Source of the DNA: Anthoceros angustus
Taxonomy: Eukaryota > Plantae > Anthocerotophyta
Assembly: GCA_010909165.1 (NCBI GenBank)
Contig: VJWM01000196.1
Coordinates: forward strand, 345,640 to 409,639
Direction: 5' to 3'
DNA: 64,000 bases
Part shown: positions 22,697 through 34,775 of the stretch, piece after piece
Layout: every line of letters begins with the position of its first letter
How positions within the stretch are numbered: the first letter of the stretch is position 1
Translations under genes and position numbers: made by a program
The notes under the pieces: model-generated
The model's input: the letters and a program-made list of their open reading frames with translations, nothing else
Database searches by the model: none
What the model was told of the DNA's origin: nothing

Positions 22697-25128
22697 CTAT
22701 TTCCCCAAGTCCGAGGTCTCTTGGAAGCCCATGGCGAAGGAGATGACACGCTTTTTCAAAGGTGCAAACAGCTGCACTGCACTGAAGCCCACAGCCCTTG
22801 CCAGGTTCACAATCCCACTGTTGGCTGCAAACACCCTCTGGAACCCGTCCAAAACGGCCATCATCGGCAGATTTGCGGCCATCCTATCGCTTTCGTAGGT
22901 CTGCAGCATCGTAACCTGCGAAGGAGGTCAACTTCAGAGCGTCAGTCTTGTGCAACAGACTGACGAGGGACTAGAAGAACGGTAGACAGCTTCAGCTTCT
23001 GGTCATCATGAAGAAAGCACGTTCTAAGGCACTAACCTCGCCGATATCCGAGCCATGCTTGACACCATCCTTGATGACATTCACGAGAGTTGCTGCATCA
23101 CCGAACCCAAGGTTGACTCCCTGTCCTGCAAGGGGATGGACCGTGTGTGCGGCATCCCCTACTAGGGCGACTCGATGCCCGACATACCTGTTCGAATGCG
23201 ACAGGGATAGTGGGAAAGATAGACGGCTACTAACCACCCCAGTCACAGTTGGTGGCACCTGAAACTGCTCAAGAGAGGATGGAGCACCGGCTGTGAACAA
23301 TGTCGGGCCAAGATAACTCCGAAGCAATTCTGTCAGGTTCGCCCTGGGATATTGACCGAAAGTACCTGAGAAAGCTTGATTTACAGCCGAAACAAACTCC
23401 TCACTGCTCATCCTCTTCAGCTCCTGAGCTCTTTCAGGTGTTGTCGACCATACTATATTGCTGAAATCCTCACCCAAGGGAAGGAGTGCGAGCGGACCTG
23501 TTGGAAGAAACCTTTGCCAGGCAGTCGAATGTTCCTTATCCACTCGGACAGTGCATATGACAGCATCTTGCCCATAGTTCCAACCTGATGTCTCAAACCC
23601 AGCCTTTTCTCTCACTTTTGACCGGCCTCCATCTGCTCCCACCTGGCCAAAAGCACAAAGCCAACAGCCAGTGTGTAAAGTCTCTCATGCTAATGTAAGA
23701 AGACAAAAAAAGTCAAGGCAATTATCAATGCCCCGTACCACAAGCCGTGTTTGTAGACAGCGTCCGTCCTCAAGCAGAACTCTAGCCCAATTTCCATTTC
23801 TTGCATCTACCGAGGACGTTGAAGCTGTGCCATTGCTTGAGATCCTTTCTTCATAGCGTTTGGGATGCCTTGAGGGGAAGACTACAGACTTCACTTGAGC
23901 AGGGCAGATCATCTGACCGAAATTTATGTCCTGAACAATAACAGTAACTACATGCATGTGAGCTTTCCAGATTCTTATATTGGTTCCAATCTGCCAACAA
24001 TGGAAAAACGAGGTCCTGCTATCGAAGACTCCTGGACATACAATAGTCATGCGAGCCACTCCATAATGGTCTTGGTCACGAGGACATGCATGCTCTCACC
24101 ACTTTCGAGGCAGACAAACCTGCAGGCGTGACCGAAGAGCTGAAAGGAGGACACTGTTCTCCACGACATATCTGTACACCGCTCCAAGTTGTCAGGAATT
24201 CTCAACATGATTAAACTGGAGGCAACCAGTTCAGTGGTACAAGACAGGGACATCCAATTGACTTACCCAAGGACAGACTCCCCGACATCTGCAGCCTTGT
24301 AACGGGTGTAGCCCTGACCTGAGTAGTCCCAGACCTGCAAGACAACTTCAACAAGTTTAACAACGAATCAAGCGCACAGGAAACACTGAAAGCATTCCCC
24401 GCCGGACCTCCGGAGTGGTTGAGCATTACCATCTTCCTAAAGACTTACTGCATATTATCTTGAAAAATGGAACGAGAGTTTTGCATAGGTGCAACCCCTA
24501 TACCTACGGTCCAAAGATGCAGACAAGCCAGTTGGACTACCTGCATGGAGTCGAACGGAGCGTGCCTTGCTCCTAGGACTGCATCCCAGGCTCCAACCTC
24601 TGATATCACAAGCAAAACAAGTCGTGATCAAAAGCTCTGCCACTTCTTCAGAAGTCATTCTCTGGCAAGCAACAACCACACTTGCTTACCTCGAAAGAAC
24701 GAGACCGTCGAAGGAGTAATGGCACTGACCCTAGCATCCGGAGCAGCAGCTGCTTTCTTCGATGCATTCTCCTTGGGGAAGCCACTGCCATCGACAATGG
24801 CAGCACGAAGCGCGCTTGTGCAGGGCGACGTAGCTGGCCAAGGGGCACAAAGAGTGGAGTCATCCGCCAATTCGCAAAATAGTAACCACCACCAGGAAGG
24901 AAGCAGGACGCGAAACAGAGGCACCTACTACGTACCTAACCCACATGCAACTGCTGCTCCAACTAGCCCACCCCCGACAATCACAACATCCTGTTCGTCT
25001 TCGACCAGCGCCGCCAACGTGCAGGGTCCTGCCAATTCACTTGAAGGCCTTGCCGAGGATGACAGGGCCCTGACCACATTTCTGTGTATCGCCTCAACAG
25101 CGTATGTGGAGCGCCGCCAAGGTACCAT
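22697..25128 (-). CDS. COQ6: Ubiquinone biosynthesis FAD monooxygenase COQ6, multi-exon, apparently intact
   Basis: Exons joined on GT-AG: MVPWRR..RALSSSA..DVVIVGGGLVGAAVACGL (25128-24936) | TSPCTSALRAAIVD..PDARVSAITPSTVSFFR (24833-24690) | EVGAWD..FDSMQ | VWDYSGQGYTRY..VLG | YVVENSVLLSALRSRLQ | DINFGQMICP..TRLV | VGADGGRS..WQRFLPTGPLALLP..ALVGDAAHTVHPLAGQGVNLGFGD..DIGE | VTMLQTYESDR..FAMGFQETSDLGK*. An in-frame upstream ATG at 25185 would add 19 acidic residues. Confidence 0.94.
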
Positions 25129-25205
25129 ATTCGACCCCTCCGTCTCCGCTTGCCCGTCGTTCTCCGGATGGTCAGTGTGAGGCATGTCCTGCCAAATTAT
25201 TAACC

Positions 25206-25247
25206 TATATATATATATATATATATATATATAGGCACACACACACA
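25206..25247. repeat. (TA)14 plus (CA)n microsatellite upstream of COQ6
   Basis: Read directly. Confidence 0.95.
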
Positions 25248-25379
25248 AAGGTTAACTAAAGTTAAATAGGTGATTTTTAAATAAAATAAGATATATTACA
25301 AGAATTTAAGAAAAAGGTCGAGGTTTTAGGAGGCACATAGTAGCTAATTGGGTTTCTCAAATGTTTCACAATCTAGCTT

Positions 25380-27210
25380 CAAAAAGAGAAAAAGAGACTT
25401 TATGTAAGAAAAAGAGATGAGAAATCTCATCAACCCCGAAATGAAGGGGAACAACCCTCAAGGGAGCACCAGGCGAAGGGCAACTAGCCCCCGCGATCGC
25501 CCATCTTGAAACTACTTGTTGCCCCGAGAATATCGTGGTCTGGGATATAAAAGGGCCTACCTACCACTGGTGCCAAAGATGTCACGTCCCCTACGCTTGA
25601 TGCCACCCTGTACACAAGGTGGGCAATGCCCTCTCCAAGGCCATGGACACCCGTTGCTTGAAGAAGGCAACTACGCAAGAAAGGGGGAGACCAACCCCAT
25701 TCTTGCGGCTATAGTAAGCCTTGGCACAAGCCTTGATGAACCTGGAAAAATCCTTGCCTATGGCCCCGTGGGTCTCGATGGCAAGGGAGATAAATACATT
25801 GTCTTCCCACTTGGGTGAGCACTTGAGAACCTTCGATATTGCGCATCCCTTCGCCCCCCAACCGGGAGGGTTGATGATAACATGCTTGCAAACAATATCC
25901 CAAGTAGGGTTTGTTACAACCACATTCGCAACAGAAACCTAGTCCCCCGGACTAAAAATATATCAACTCCAAAAGAAACGTCGTTGAGCAAAGTATATGG
26001 GAGCTCCTTATAGAGCAAGAGCCTGCTCTCCTTCACCATCGAGAACATGACATCGCGGACGACGTCATGCGCAGCGATGCGCTGCCCGCTAGCGAAACAA
26101 CGAGCGAGGTGATAAGAGAGTGCAGGCCGGAGGTTGGACCAAACCCAATCGGAACCTCATTATGGTACAAAAAGAACTCGATGAGATTCGGAAATCCTAT
26201 ATGCAAGGTCGGGCCAGAAGCCAGGAACCTGCTCCCTTCCCCAAGCAAGAGCAGAGGCTAGCTCCGGGTCTGTCGGAAAATGGAGGAATCTAGGAGAAGG
26301 GCCGCTGCGCCTGCCCATACTACTTCTCCTTGGAGGATAAAGATTCCCTAGCCATCCTCAAGGACACCTGCAAGGGGAAGGCTCCCTCCTCAATGCTTGA
26401 AACCAAGGTCTCCAAGATGTGGGAATCCCTGATTAAAAAACAGGAGGCCAGGATGGGGTAGAGAGGGCCCAACTCCCTAGGAAGACCGCTGGCGTGGAGG
26501 CTTCCGTGGCCAACCAACTTGTGCCCCGAAAAATGACAAGTAGAGACATTTGTTGGCACGCCAGATCCCCAATGATCCACTCGAAGGTGCCTGGGCTGAT
26601 GATGTCACCCAGCACTTGCATAACTTGTTTGTTAAAGCCCCTCAGGCTAGAGAGGAAAGCCAGAGAGGGGGCCACCATACGCACAAGATACCCCGGCTGA
26701 CACGCAAAGCATGCACAAAGGATACCGAACGTCACCTGTGCGTCCCCCATTGGAGAAAGATCCTCAATATGCGCCAAGTCCTCCTTCAAAGCTACGTCCA
26801 CAAAATCCTGCATGAAGGCCGGCAACCCCACCGGGTCACCTAAAACTTGAAGTCTTTGCGGAGAAGTAATATCCCCCTTCAAATAATGGAGAGAGGGCGT
26901 AACACCCGCATGGGACCATACCTGGGACTTAAAGACCTTAACTTTCACATCGAGGCGAAAGAAAGCATAGGAGAAGAGCTCAAAAGCTTCATTGACCTTG
27001 GCCCCCGGCCCAAGGACAGGGTATCATCCGCCACAGACGAACACATACATTCCCATACTAAAGAGGCAATTAAATCCAGAGCTGTGAAGTGCAATGTAGC
27101 GAAGAGGGCACCCCCCATGGGATTCCCCAGCCTCGTACCTGGCCACCGAGTCGAGCATGGAAACCCTTTGACTAAGGGTCCATGCTCATAATAGAGGCTT
27201 CGGAATTTCA
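25380..27210 (-). mobile_element. 5'-truncated, degenerate CRE-like non-LTR retrotransposon (RT + Zn motif + restriction-like endonuclease)
   Basis: RT GTRLGNPMGGALFA..SVADD; GDPVGLPAF; HLARCFASGQRIAAHDVVRDVMFS (~26040-26110); RLE-like VFISLAIETHGAIG..FKQRVSMALERA. Domain order RT-then-RLE. Boundaries approximate. Confidence 0.75.
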
Positions 27211-27688
27211 ACTATGTAAGCGCAATTGAAAATCAAATTTATTGAGAATCGTCGAAACGAAGACAATGGCGGATTTACTGAAAGCGGCGGATTTACTTCT
27301 CAAGCCGCTCTCACTGTTCCTCCGTCCCGGCTCGCGTGGCCCACAATTTTAGCAGTTGCGGTGGCAGAGCACCTCTAGGCAGTCTATCAGAGCGTCCCAA
27401 GGAATGTTGTTCTGATGACGGCACCAGGCCAAGGCGCTCACCGACGAATCGTGCTGCCGATTCGAGGATATATGTACATAGGTAAATCGATTACAGGCAG
27501 CTTCCATGTTTCTTACGGCAACTTTATGTTGGTCCAAAATACATCCCACCTAAACACTTGTCGCTAAAAAAAAACAAATCCAACCTGGCCTAGTGGCACT
27601 TCCCGTGTTCGTGCGGCACAAGCTTCGAAGTTTGCTTGTACACAATTAAATCTTCAAGCAGCGTTTGACCAGAAAGTACATCGAAAAT

Positions 27689-30610
27689 TCACGAGGCAAC
27701 TGCCACTTTGCTGACGGTTGATAACGCCTCCTCGACGCCGGATGCGTGCGCCAACAGATTGCGATCAATTTGGGGCTGTCTGTTTCCTTGGGAGAAGTGC
27801 AAATTCCTGCACACAAAACGAAGTGGCACAAATTGTTGAATCACAAAGGAAGGAGGCCAGAGCTGCGATTGTCTCGAGCTGCTTACATCCAGGCTGCCGT
27901 TCTCCAAAAAGACTCTTTTCACACAACCTGGTCGAATCGGCACGAGAGGGAGAAGGCTAGATAAATTAGGAGACCAGAAACCGACTGCGAGCTTGGGGAA
28001 ATGTGCACTTACCTGTCTCGTACCAGAATGCGGCGTACTGGGGGTCGAATAGCCGACCTCTCCAACTGAAAAATCAATGACCATGGGTTAGGATTCCAGT
28101 TCCAAGATTCCAAGACTGGGCTGCCCTTACAGCAGAAGATAACGCACCAACCATTGTCGCCGTAAAATGGCCAAAATACTTTCCGCTCGACCTCATGAGT
28201 AAAATTATGGCAAATAGTGGTACCTGCAGCCCGACACGACTCTCAGGATATGCGTGCATGAGATGGGCTTCCAAAGTATGCGAGGAGGTCAGGAGGCTTG
28301 ATCACTGACGGGTGGTGCCATTTTGTAGCAAAGAGTTTACACAGTGAGCTGCAGACTTGCGTGCATGATCAACATGCTCCACCCTTGTAACCCGTCCGTA
28401 TATCTGCAAGCCTTAATGCCGAGCGTTACTTTCGTGCTGTTGTAATTGAAACAGACTGGGTGACAGAGAACATCAGCAAACGACGTGCTTCGTTCAGAGG
28501 GAAAGCCACAACGTCTCCAATGGCATAGATGCCTGGAAAACTTATTCCAAATACACCATCCACCTTGCCGCAAAGCCCAACGACTTAGAAACATTGGTAG
28601 TTCTGAGCAAAAGCTTATTCATCAGAGGGTAGTTCGTTGGGGAGATACGGACCAGCAACGCCCTTCTGAAAGGAATCCTGCCTCCAGAAATGGACGTCGA
28701 GCAGGTTTGGCGCCTACCCCAACTACGACCGGCCAGACACAGGAGGTCAAGGATGTGCCATGTTGGCTGAACATCACCTTACAGTCTCCAAGGCCACAAT
28801 CCAGCTACCTAACCAATGTTTGATAGAATCTGAGCCTCAACTCACCAAGTCCGCATCAAGTACAGTGCCATCTGATAATTCCACAGCTTCCACTTTTGCC
28901 AGTGTCTCCAGCTATCAGTTTGTTAACACATCCCCTAACAATGCAGCGGGGCACAATCAAACTCAGAAAGTAGGTAGAAAAGATCAGGTTGAAATCTTCC
29001 TTCTAGGACCAAAGGAGAGCCTGTTGCTGTGATTGATAGGAACGTCTGCAAAATGGATGCCGTTTCTCGGGTACAGCTCTTCATAGTGTCTGGCTATTGT
29101 TGGAGTGAAAAGCCTCGGCATGCCATGGGACTCCGGGAAGACGACCTGCATATTTGTCTTGGCTCATACGATATCTGACAAGAGATCATTTGCCGAGCAA
29201 GAAAAGATGCAACAGGGAAACTGGATTTCAGTTTCAGCACAACAGATGCTATCAGGCTTACCGTGGTGTCAAGCTTAGATGCTGATGTGGCAGCAGCAAC
29301 TTCCATGCCAAAATAACCGCCGCCAATCACAGCAATTTGCTTTGCTGATTGCTGCAAATGCAACTCTTCTTCAGTGGCAACATTTAAGAGCCACGAAATG
29401 AATTGCACCAGAAAGCAATTACCAGCGCAGTAACCAGGTTGTCAGCATCAGGAACATTTCGGATGTAATGGACGCCTGAAAGGCCTCTCCCAATGGCATC
29501 TGGCCACCTGTACTAAACATATTAGATCATCTCTGCTCTATATAGTTCTGGAATAACTTGGAACGTTTGCAGACGTATACATACTAGCACTGGCACCAGT
29601 TGCAAGAATCAGTGCTTTACCAAATTCGATTGTATCCCTGATGTTGTCGTCAATGTACGTGAGTTTACATCGATCCCAGAGACAGTGGTGTCATTCAACA
29701 CCTGCATTCCATACATGCTTTAGCTGGAGCCATGGTAGGTTCCTTCTGGAAAAGGATTTCTTGCCAGAACAAGCTAAGATGGGAACTGCAGTACCTCTAC
29801 GCCTTTTTATTTGTACCAATCACAAGTTTGTCTTTAGCCACCTCCACCTACACATGTATGGAATCCCTGTAGCCATCGACAAAAGATCTTACAATCTGCC
29901 ACAGAACACAGAGCCCTCATAATCAAATGCTTCACGACAGGACATCCAGCTCACCGGCAGTCTAGCAGGCCTCTTGTCCAGGGGAAACAAGTAGGTCTTG
30001 GTCAGAGCCGGACGCTTGTATGGCGGGACTTTCTGCATTTCAACGACCCCAAGATTCAGTTACTGAATGCGATCTAAAATGCTCATTTTTGACCAACCGA
30101 ACCTCGTTAACAATGCATAATCTGCCTTCAGCCACTTCGTTTTCCACGAAAGCATGAGCGGCATAGCCATCAGCGCTTCCTCCACCCACAATGACGTACC
30201 TGCGATCACGTAATGCAGGCACGTAAGCTGCACTGCTTCCTCAAATCCAGACACAGCGCTCAGCAAGACTCGGTTTGCGTTCTCCACTTGCGGCCTGACC
30301 AATCCTCACTCCTTCTTCTCGTTGGCCACAGCTGCGAGTTACCCACAGACTGATGCTTCCAAGGAGCACAGGACCAAGCGGGGCGCTGCCACGGATTGGG
30401 AAATTTGGCCCACAGGCAGCACAGCCGCCACGGAATTCAATCAAACCAACCGAATTCCACAACACCAGACCACTCAGCAATGGTTGCAGGAGCAATTGTG
30501 ATCGCTTGCAAGCCTTGGCATTGGACAGGATCTCGGTGAGCTGCTCGTCCGTGGTTGCAAGGTTTCCCACACCACAACGCCATGCCCTGCCTGAGCCCCA
30601 CCACTGCCAT
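27689..30610 (-). pseudogene. MDAR: Monodehydroascorbate reductase (plastid/mitochondrial MDAR5/6 type) pseudogene with exon-intron structure retained
   Basis: About 15 exon remnants: GMALWCG transit motif (ATG 30610); YVIVGGGS..GRLCIV; PPYKRPALTKTYLFP; GFHTCVGGGG*RQTCDWYK*KG (TAA 29836-29834 and 29809-29807); GVHYIRNVPDAD; GGGYFGMEVAAA; GIYAIGDV; VEHVDHARKSA; YHYLP* (28207-28205); ASGVEEAL. Also several frameshifts and a deletion in the RVFEY motif. Confidence 0.92.
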
Positions 30611-30959
30611 CGCTCTCAAAGCCAGATCTTCCAACGTCGAATTGAGTCACCGGAATTCTGCTGCCTGAGCTGGTCCGTTGTGCCAACTCATGTCCTGGGA
30701 TGTTCCAAAAATGTTGCCCCAACAAAGGGAAGGTGTACGGAGGTGCCAATGGCGGTCGGTACAAGCCTCCAGGAGTCCAGGGCCCTAACGCTCTGTTGCA
30801 CCTGATCCGCAAATGTGCATCCATTTCACCGCCACGCGGCCTCCCCACACGCGGGCAGGCACTTGGCATATACAGTAGCTCGTTGCCCACCCATTGCTCA
30901 TGTTAACCCTAACCATTATCAATGAAAAAAATCACTATTAGTCATTGCCTCCTCAGTTC

Positions 30960-31790
30960 GGGAGTGACAACATTCATCTCCTATGGTCGCGATAAGATAA
31001 AAGAATCTTTCGAATTAGAGCTCTCCCATCGAACTGCACCCCTCTCCGGCTTTTCTATCTGGCCTAAAGGACTTCGACAACCAGGTCATACAAGCATTAG
31101 ATGACACCATCGGTACAAGTACCTTTGAGTATAATGCTGGAGATTTGGTGCGGTGGCAAGCATCCCTATTTGTCGCATTTGGGGGTACAAGTTTATTGGC
31201 CACGTAAGCCTTTGCACTGGCGGACTTTCTCGGAAGATGGGCCCTCTTTGCCCGTACCTTGGCCCCTCGCTTCATAATCACGAATCCCTGTATTTTGGAG
31301 GGATTTGTCTTGAGTGTAGAGGAGAGGGCTTTTCCCCTGTAATTGTCATTAAGGTCGGCTAGGGGCCTTTTATCCTCTCAGGCTAGGGAGGTTATGCCTC
31401 CTTTTTCTTCGTTCCCTGCACATGGTTTCCGTGGGCTTCAAGCCTTTCTTTAGGAGACACACTAAATGTGGGTGTAGCAGGCCCTTCTTTTGGATTCTTC
31501 CATTGCTCGACCCACTCGCACTTGTCTCCGCTCTTGTTTAGAAAAGGGAGCACATTCTTGGATTCTGGCCCGACCTTGCATCCAGGCCTTCCGATTCGCA
31601 CCGGCTTCTTTTTTCTATTGCGCCTAGGCTTGGTCTAATCTCTAGCCTGTTCTCTCATGACCTGTAGCTTTGGCGCCCCTCTCGATGACTCTGGGACCCA
31701 CTTAGCTCGCTGTCCAATAGGTGGGCAGCGCATTACAACACATGACGCAATCTGAGACGTCATGTTCTCCATTGCAAGGGAGAGTGGATT
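30960..31790 (+). mobile_element. Second fragment of the same CRE-like non-LTR family, opposite orientation
   Basis: KDFDNQVIQALDDTIGTSTFE..QASLFVAFGGTSLLAT*AFALADFLGRWAL matches RGFNKQVMQVLGDIISPGTFE..STPAVFLGSWAL of copy 1. HLARCPIGGQRITTHDAI*DVMFS matches its Zn motif. Confidence 0.75.
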
Positions 31791-32714
31791 CTGACATCTT
31801 GGAAGCGGTAGGTAGCTTCAGAGTAGATGTTCGGGGGCCTAGTCCCCCTTAGGGGGCCTAGTCCCCCTTAGCACGGGCTCTCTAAAGAGTTGTTCTCCAT
31901 CACCCAAAGTAGATGGGACTTCCCATCTCTGCGTATTTATAAAGTCTTCACGTGTTTCTTTAAAATTTAAAAGTGCTTTAAGAAAATAATTTTAATCTGT
32001 TAATGAATCTTCATTGAAAGAAGCTTGACTGTGGGACAAACTCGAACTCTCATAAAATCTGATTTTTTTTGGTTAAGTTATTTCTTCATTATACAGGTTG
32101 AAAAGAAAATTTATGCAAGGTCTCAAATACTTGGCTGCTAATAGAATCAAGCTCTTGCTACTAAGACCCTTGTTAAAGCCATATCACTTACTAGTCGCAC
32201 CTTCTATTACCATTCTCAAAACTTTAATTCAATCATCGATTTCCTATATCTCCGCTTTCTACAATTGAATCATACACCAAAATTTGGGTTCTTTGACCTC
32301 TATGAGCTGTTCTATTGTTTCTCCAACTATTTTTCACTCGAACATAACATATGATGTAGTTAAGAACCTACTATTGGTAGAAGTTGTCTAATAAGTATCT
32401 TGATACAATACCTAACGTCGATCATAGGGTAGTATTACATTGCTCATGTGTGTAATGATTGAAAATGTGACTAGCGTGTATCCGCATATTAAAAATGTGA
32501 CTTTGTGTATTCAATCTGTGGGGAAATAATGGTAATATATAGTAATTGAAAATGTGACTAAGGTTGATTATAAGTATTTGCATGATGTTTGGTGACTATC
32601 AATTATTTAACTATGGAATGAGCACCGTGATTTCAGTATTCACATGGTTTGAAAAAAATAGCTGAAATGTGTTTGTATCTTCAGAAAATTATTGTGTTGT
32701 CAATAAATCTACAG

Positions 32715-32985
32715 AATTGTAGGCATGACTCGTTTTTGCCCCATTCAATTGGACAAGCACATCATGGCTATGCTATGAAGGCACATCATGGTGCTTCTGT
32801 ATATCTATGATGTGAACATGAAGACTTTATAAAAAATGCGGAGATGGGAAGTGCGAAATTGTAGACATGACTTGTTTTCGCCCCATTCAATTGGACAAGC
32901 ACATTATGGCTATGCTATTACAAGCTTATGTACATCTTTGATGTGAACATGGAGACTTTATAAAAAATGTAGAGATGGGAAGTCC
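32715..32985. repeat. Direct tandem duplication, ~142-bp offset
   Basis: CCCCATTCAATTGGACAAGCACAT..GACTTTATAAAAAATG..GAGATGGGAAGT occurs from 32715 and from 32857. Confidence 0.9.
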
Positions 32986-34728
32986 ACTACACTGTGGTGG
33001 TGCAGAACAACCCACTAAAGGGCTCCACCCCCAAGAGGTCATAGTCTGGAACAGGCAAAGGCCTACTTACTAGCGGAGATGAAGATGAGTGTCTGCGGAG
33101 ATGAAAATGAGTGTCCCCCATCTTTGAAGTAGTCTTGTAAATAGTGTTTGGCAATCCCTCTGCCATGTATGATGTACTTTAAGGTCATCAAGTTTAGTTA
33201 GTCCATGTTTTTTTTATCATTTTTTCAGTGAAAATCATTTTGAACATATTCCGAGCTAGCCACCTTCTGCACAATTTTTCTCTTTTTTTACTGTGCTGGT
33301 TGCGAGCTAGTGTTATTTGGTTCCATCTTGCTATATGCAAGTTGTGCCCACGCTTGCTATATGCAAGTTGTGCCCACGTAGATGGTTGTGTGCATGTTGT
33401 AATGATTGCGAAGATTGCCAATTAGTGTTATTTGGTACCACCTAGCTGGTTGTTGGCATGTTCTTTTTTTCCCCACCAGTCCATTTTCACCTATTATTTT
33501 TATTTTTTGTATGTTCACCATCCTTTATTTTTTTCTCATTTAATTTTATTTTAAATTTATTATATTATATTTTTAATCTTTACCATATTTTTAATCTTTT
33601 TTTCTCTATTTGTCCCTAGTTTACTCTGCTTTTCTCCACTTTCTTAGATTTCTCTTTTCCACTACTTTCACAATTATCTCCATCTTCCTCTTCCACATAA
33701 ATCATATTTAATGGCATCCAGTTTGGTTACCTGGTCGATATTATACTGCAACCTTTTAAGGTCAAAAGACAAAGACAGAGGATATGGAACTCTCAAAAAA
33801 GTCACACATAAGCCCGATAGAGAGAGGGTGCGGAAGTTGCATTCAATGTTACACGAGACTGATCACCCCGTTGTATAAGTATATGTATAATATATATATA
33901 ATGAATTTAAAATATTGGGGAACCAGACTCTGTAATAAAACGCAAGTAAAGGGTGTAGAGAATGCCAGCTGGCTGGCAATGACGAGATAGATATTATTAG
34001 GGCGAGCTCGGCACGGGCAAACGATGCATTGAATCCAGAGGCGTAGAGAGCACCAACCAGCGCACAGGCTATGATCGACTGTCCCCATTTGGTCCCTCTC
34101 CTTCTTATTATGTACATACCAAGTCCACTGTTCGGGTACCTGCAAAGCAAAGAGCAAAGCGTGCGTACATACATGTACATGCGTAGGTATACATACATGT
34201 ACAGTGTCAGCAGTACGCCAGCAGCGTGCCTTGGTACTGCAATGAAGCAAACGTGCCTGACGCATTTACCGCGCGCGGGGCGATTTGGTAGCGGGCCGCG
34301 GCCCGGTTGGGCGCCCGAGGAGTCGCTACCAGCTGGGATTGGTCGCCGCCCGCGCTGGCAGCCTTATCAAGCGAATATAATACAGGCGACACTTACACGT
34401 TCCCCAAAACTGAAGCCACGGCTACGGCTTCCGAGTCCCCGTTACGTCTTACGTCCCCGGCTTCGACTTCGAAACCCGCGAAAAAATGTTCGCCGGCCCA
34501 ACGAGATGATCGTTCCACAGTCTGTGCGCGGGAAAAAAGGCTGCGCAAAAATGTCGCGTAACGGGACGGCCCGGGGCGGGCCGGGCCGGGCCGGGCCCCG
34601 TAACAGGTCGGTGGCAGGCTGGGCCGCCTCGGGCTCCGGCGCCAGCTGCCGATGCTTCCCCGATCCCGGCGTTACGCAGCGGCAGCGCGTCAAGCAACGC
34701 GAAGGAACGCAGCGGCAGCGGCAGAAAC

Positions 34729-34775
34729 CTCCGTCTCCGTCTCCGTCTCCGTCTCCGTCGCCCTCGCCCTCGCCC
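34729..34775. repeat. (CTCCGT)n/(CTCGCC)n hexamer run in the putative ATL leader
   Basis: Read directly. Confidence 0.9.

Noticed and set aside
27349-27549. 66-aa minus ORF as an RNase H-like fragment
   Set aside because: Only a vague motif resemblance; it lies in the MDAR 3' flank / putative COQ6 promoter.
30474-30890. GGLYRPP motif as a LINE AP endonuclease
   Set aside because: No other APE motifs; the lower part of the region is explained by the MDAR transit-peptide exon and the upper part by its promoter.
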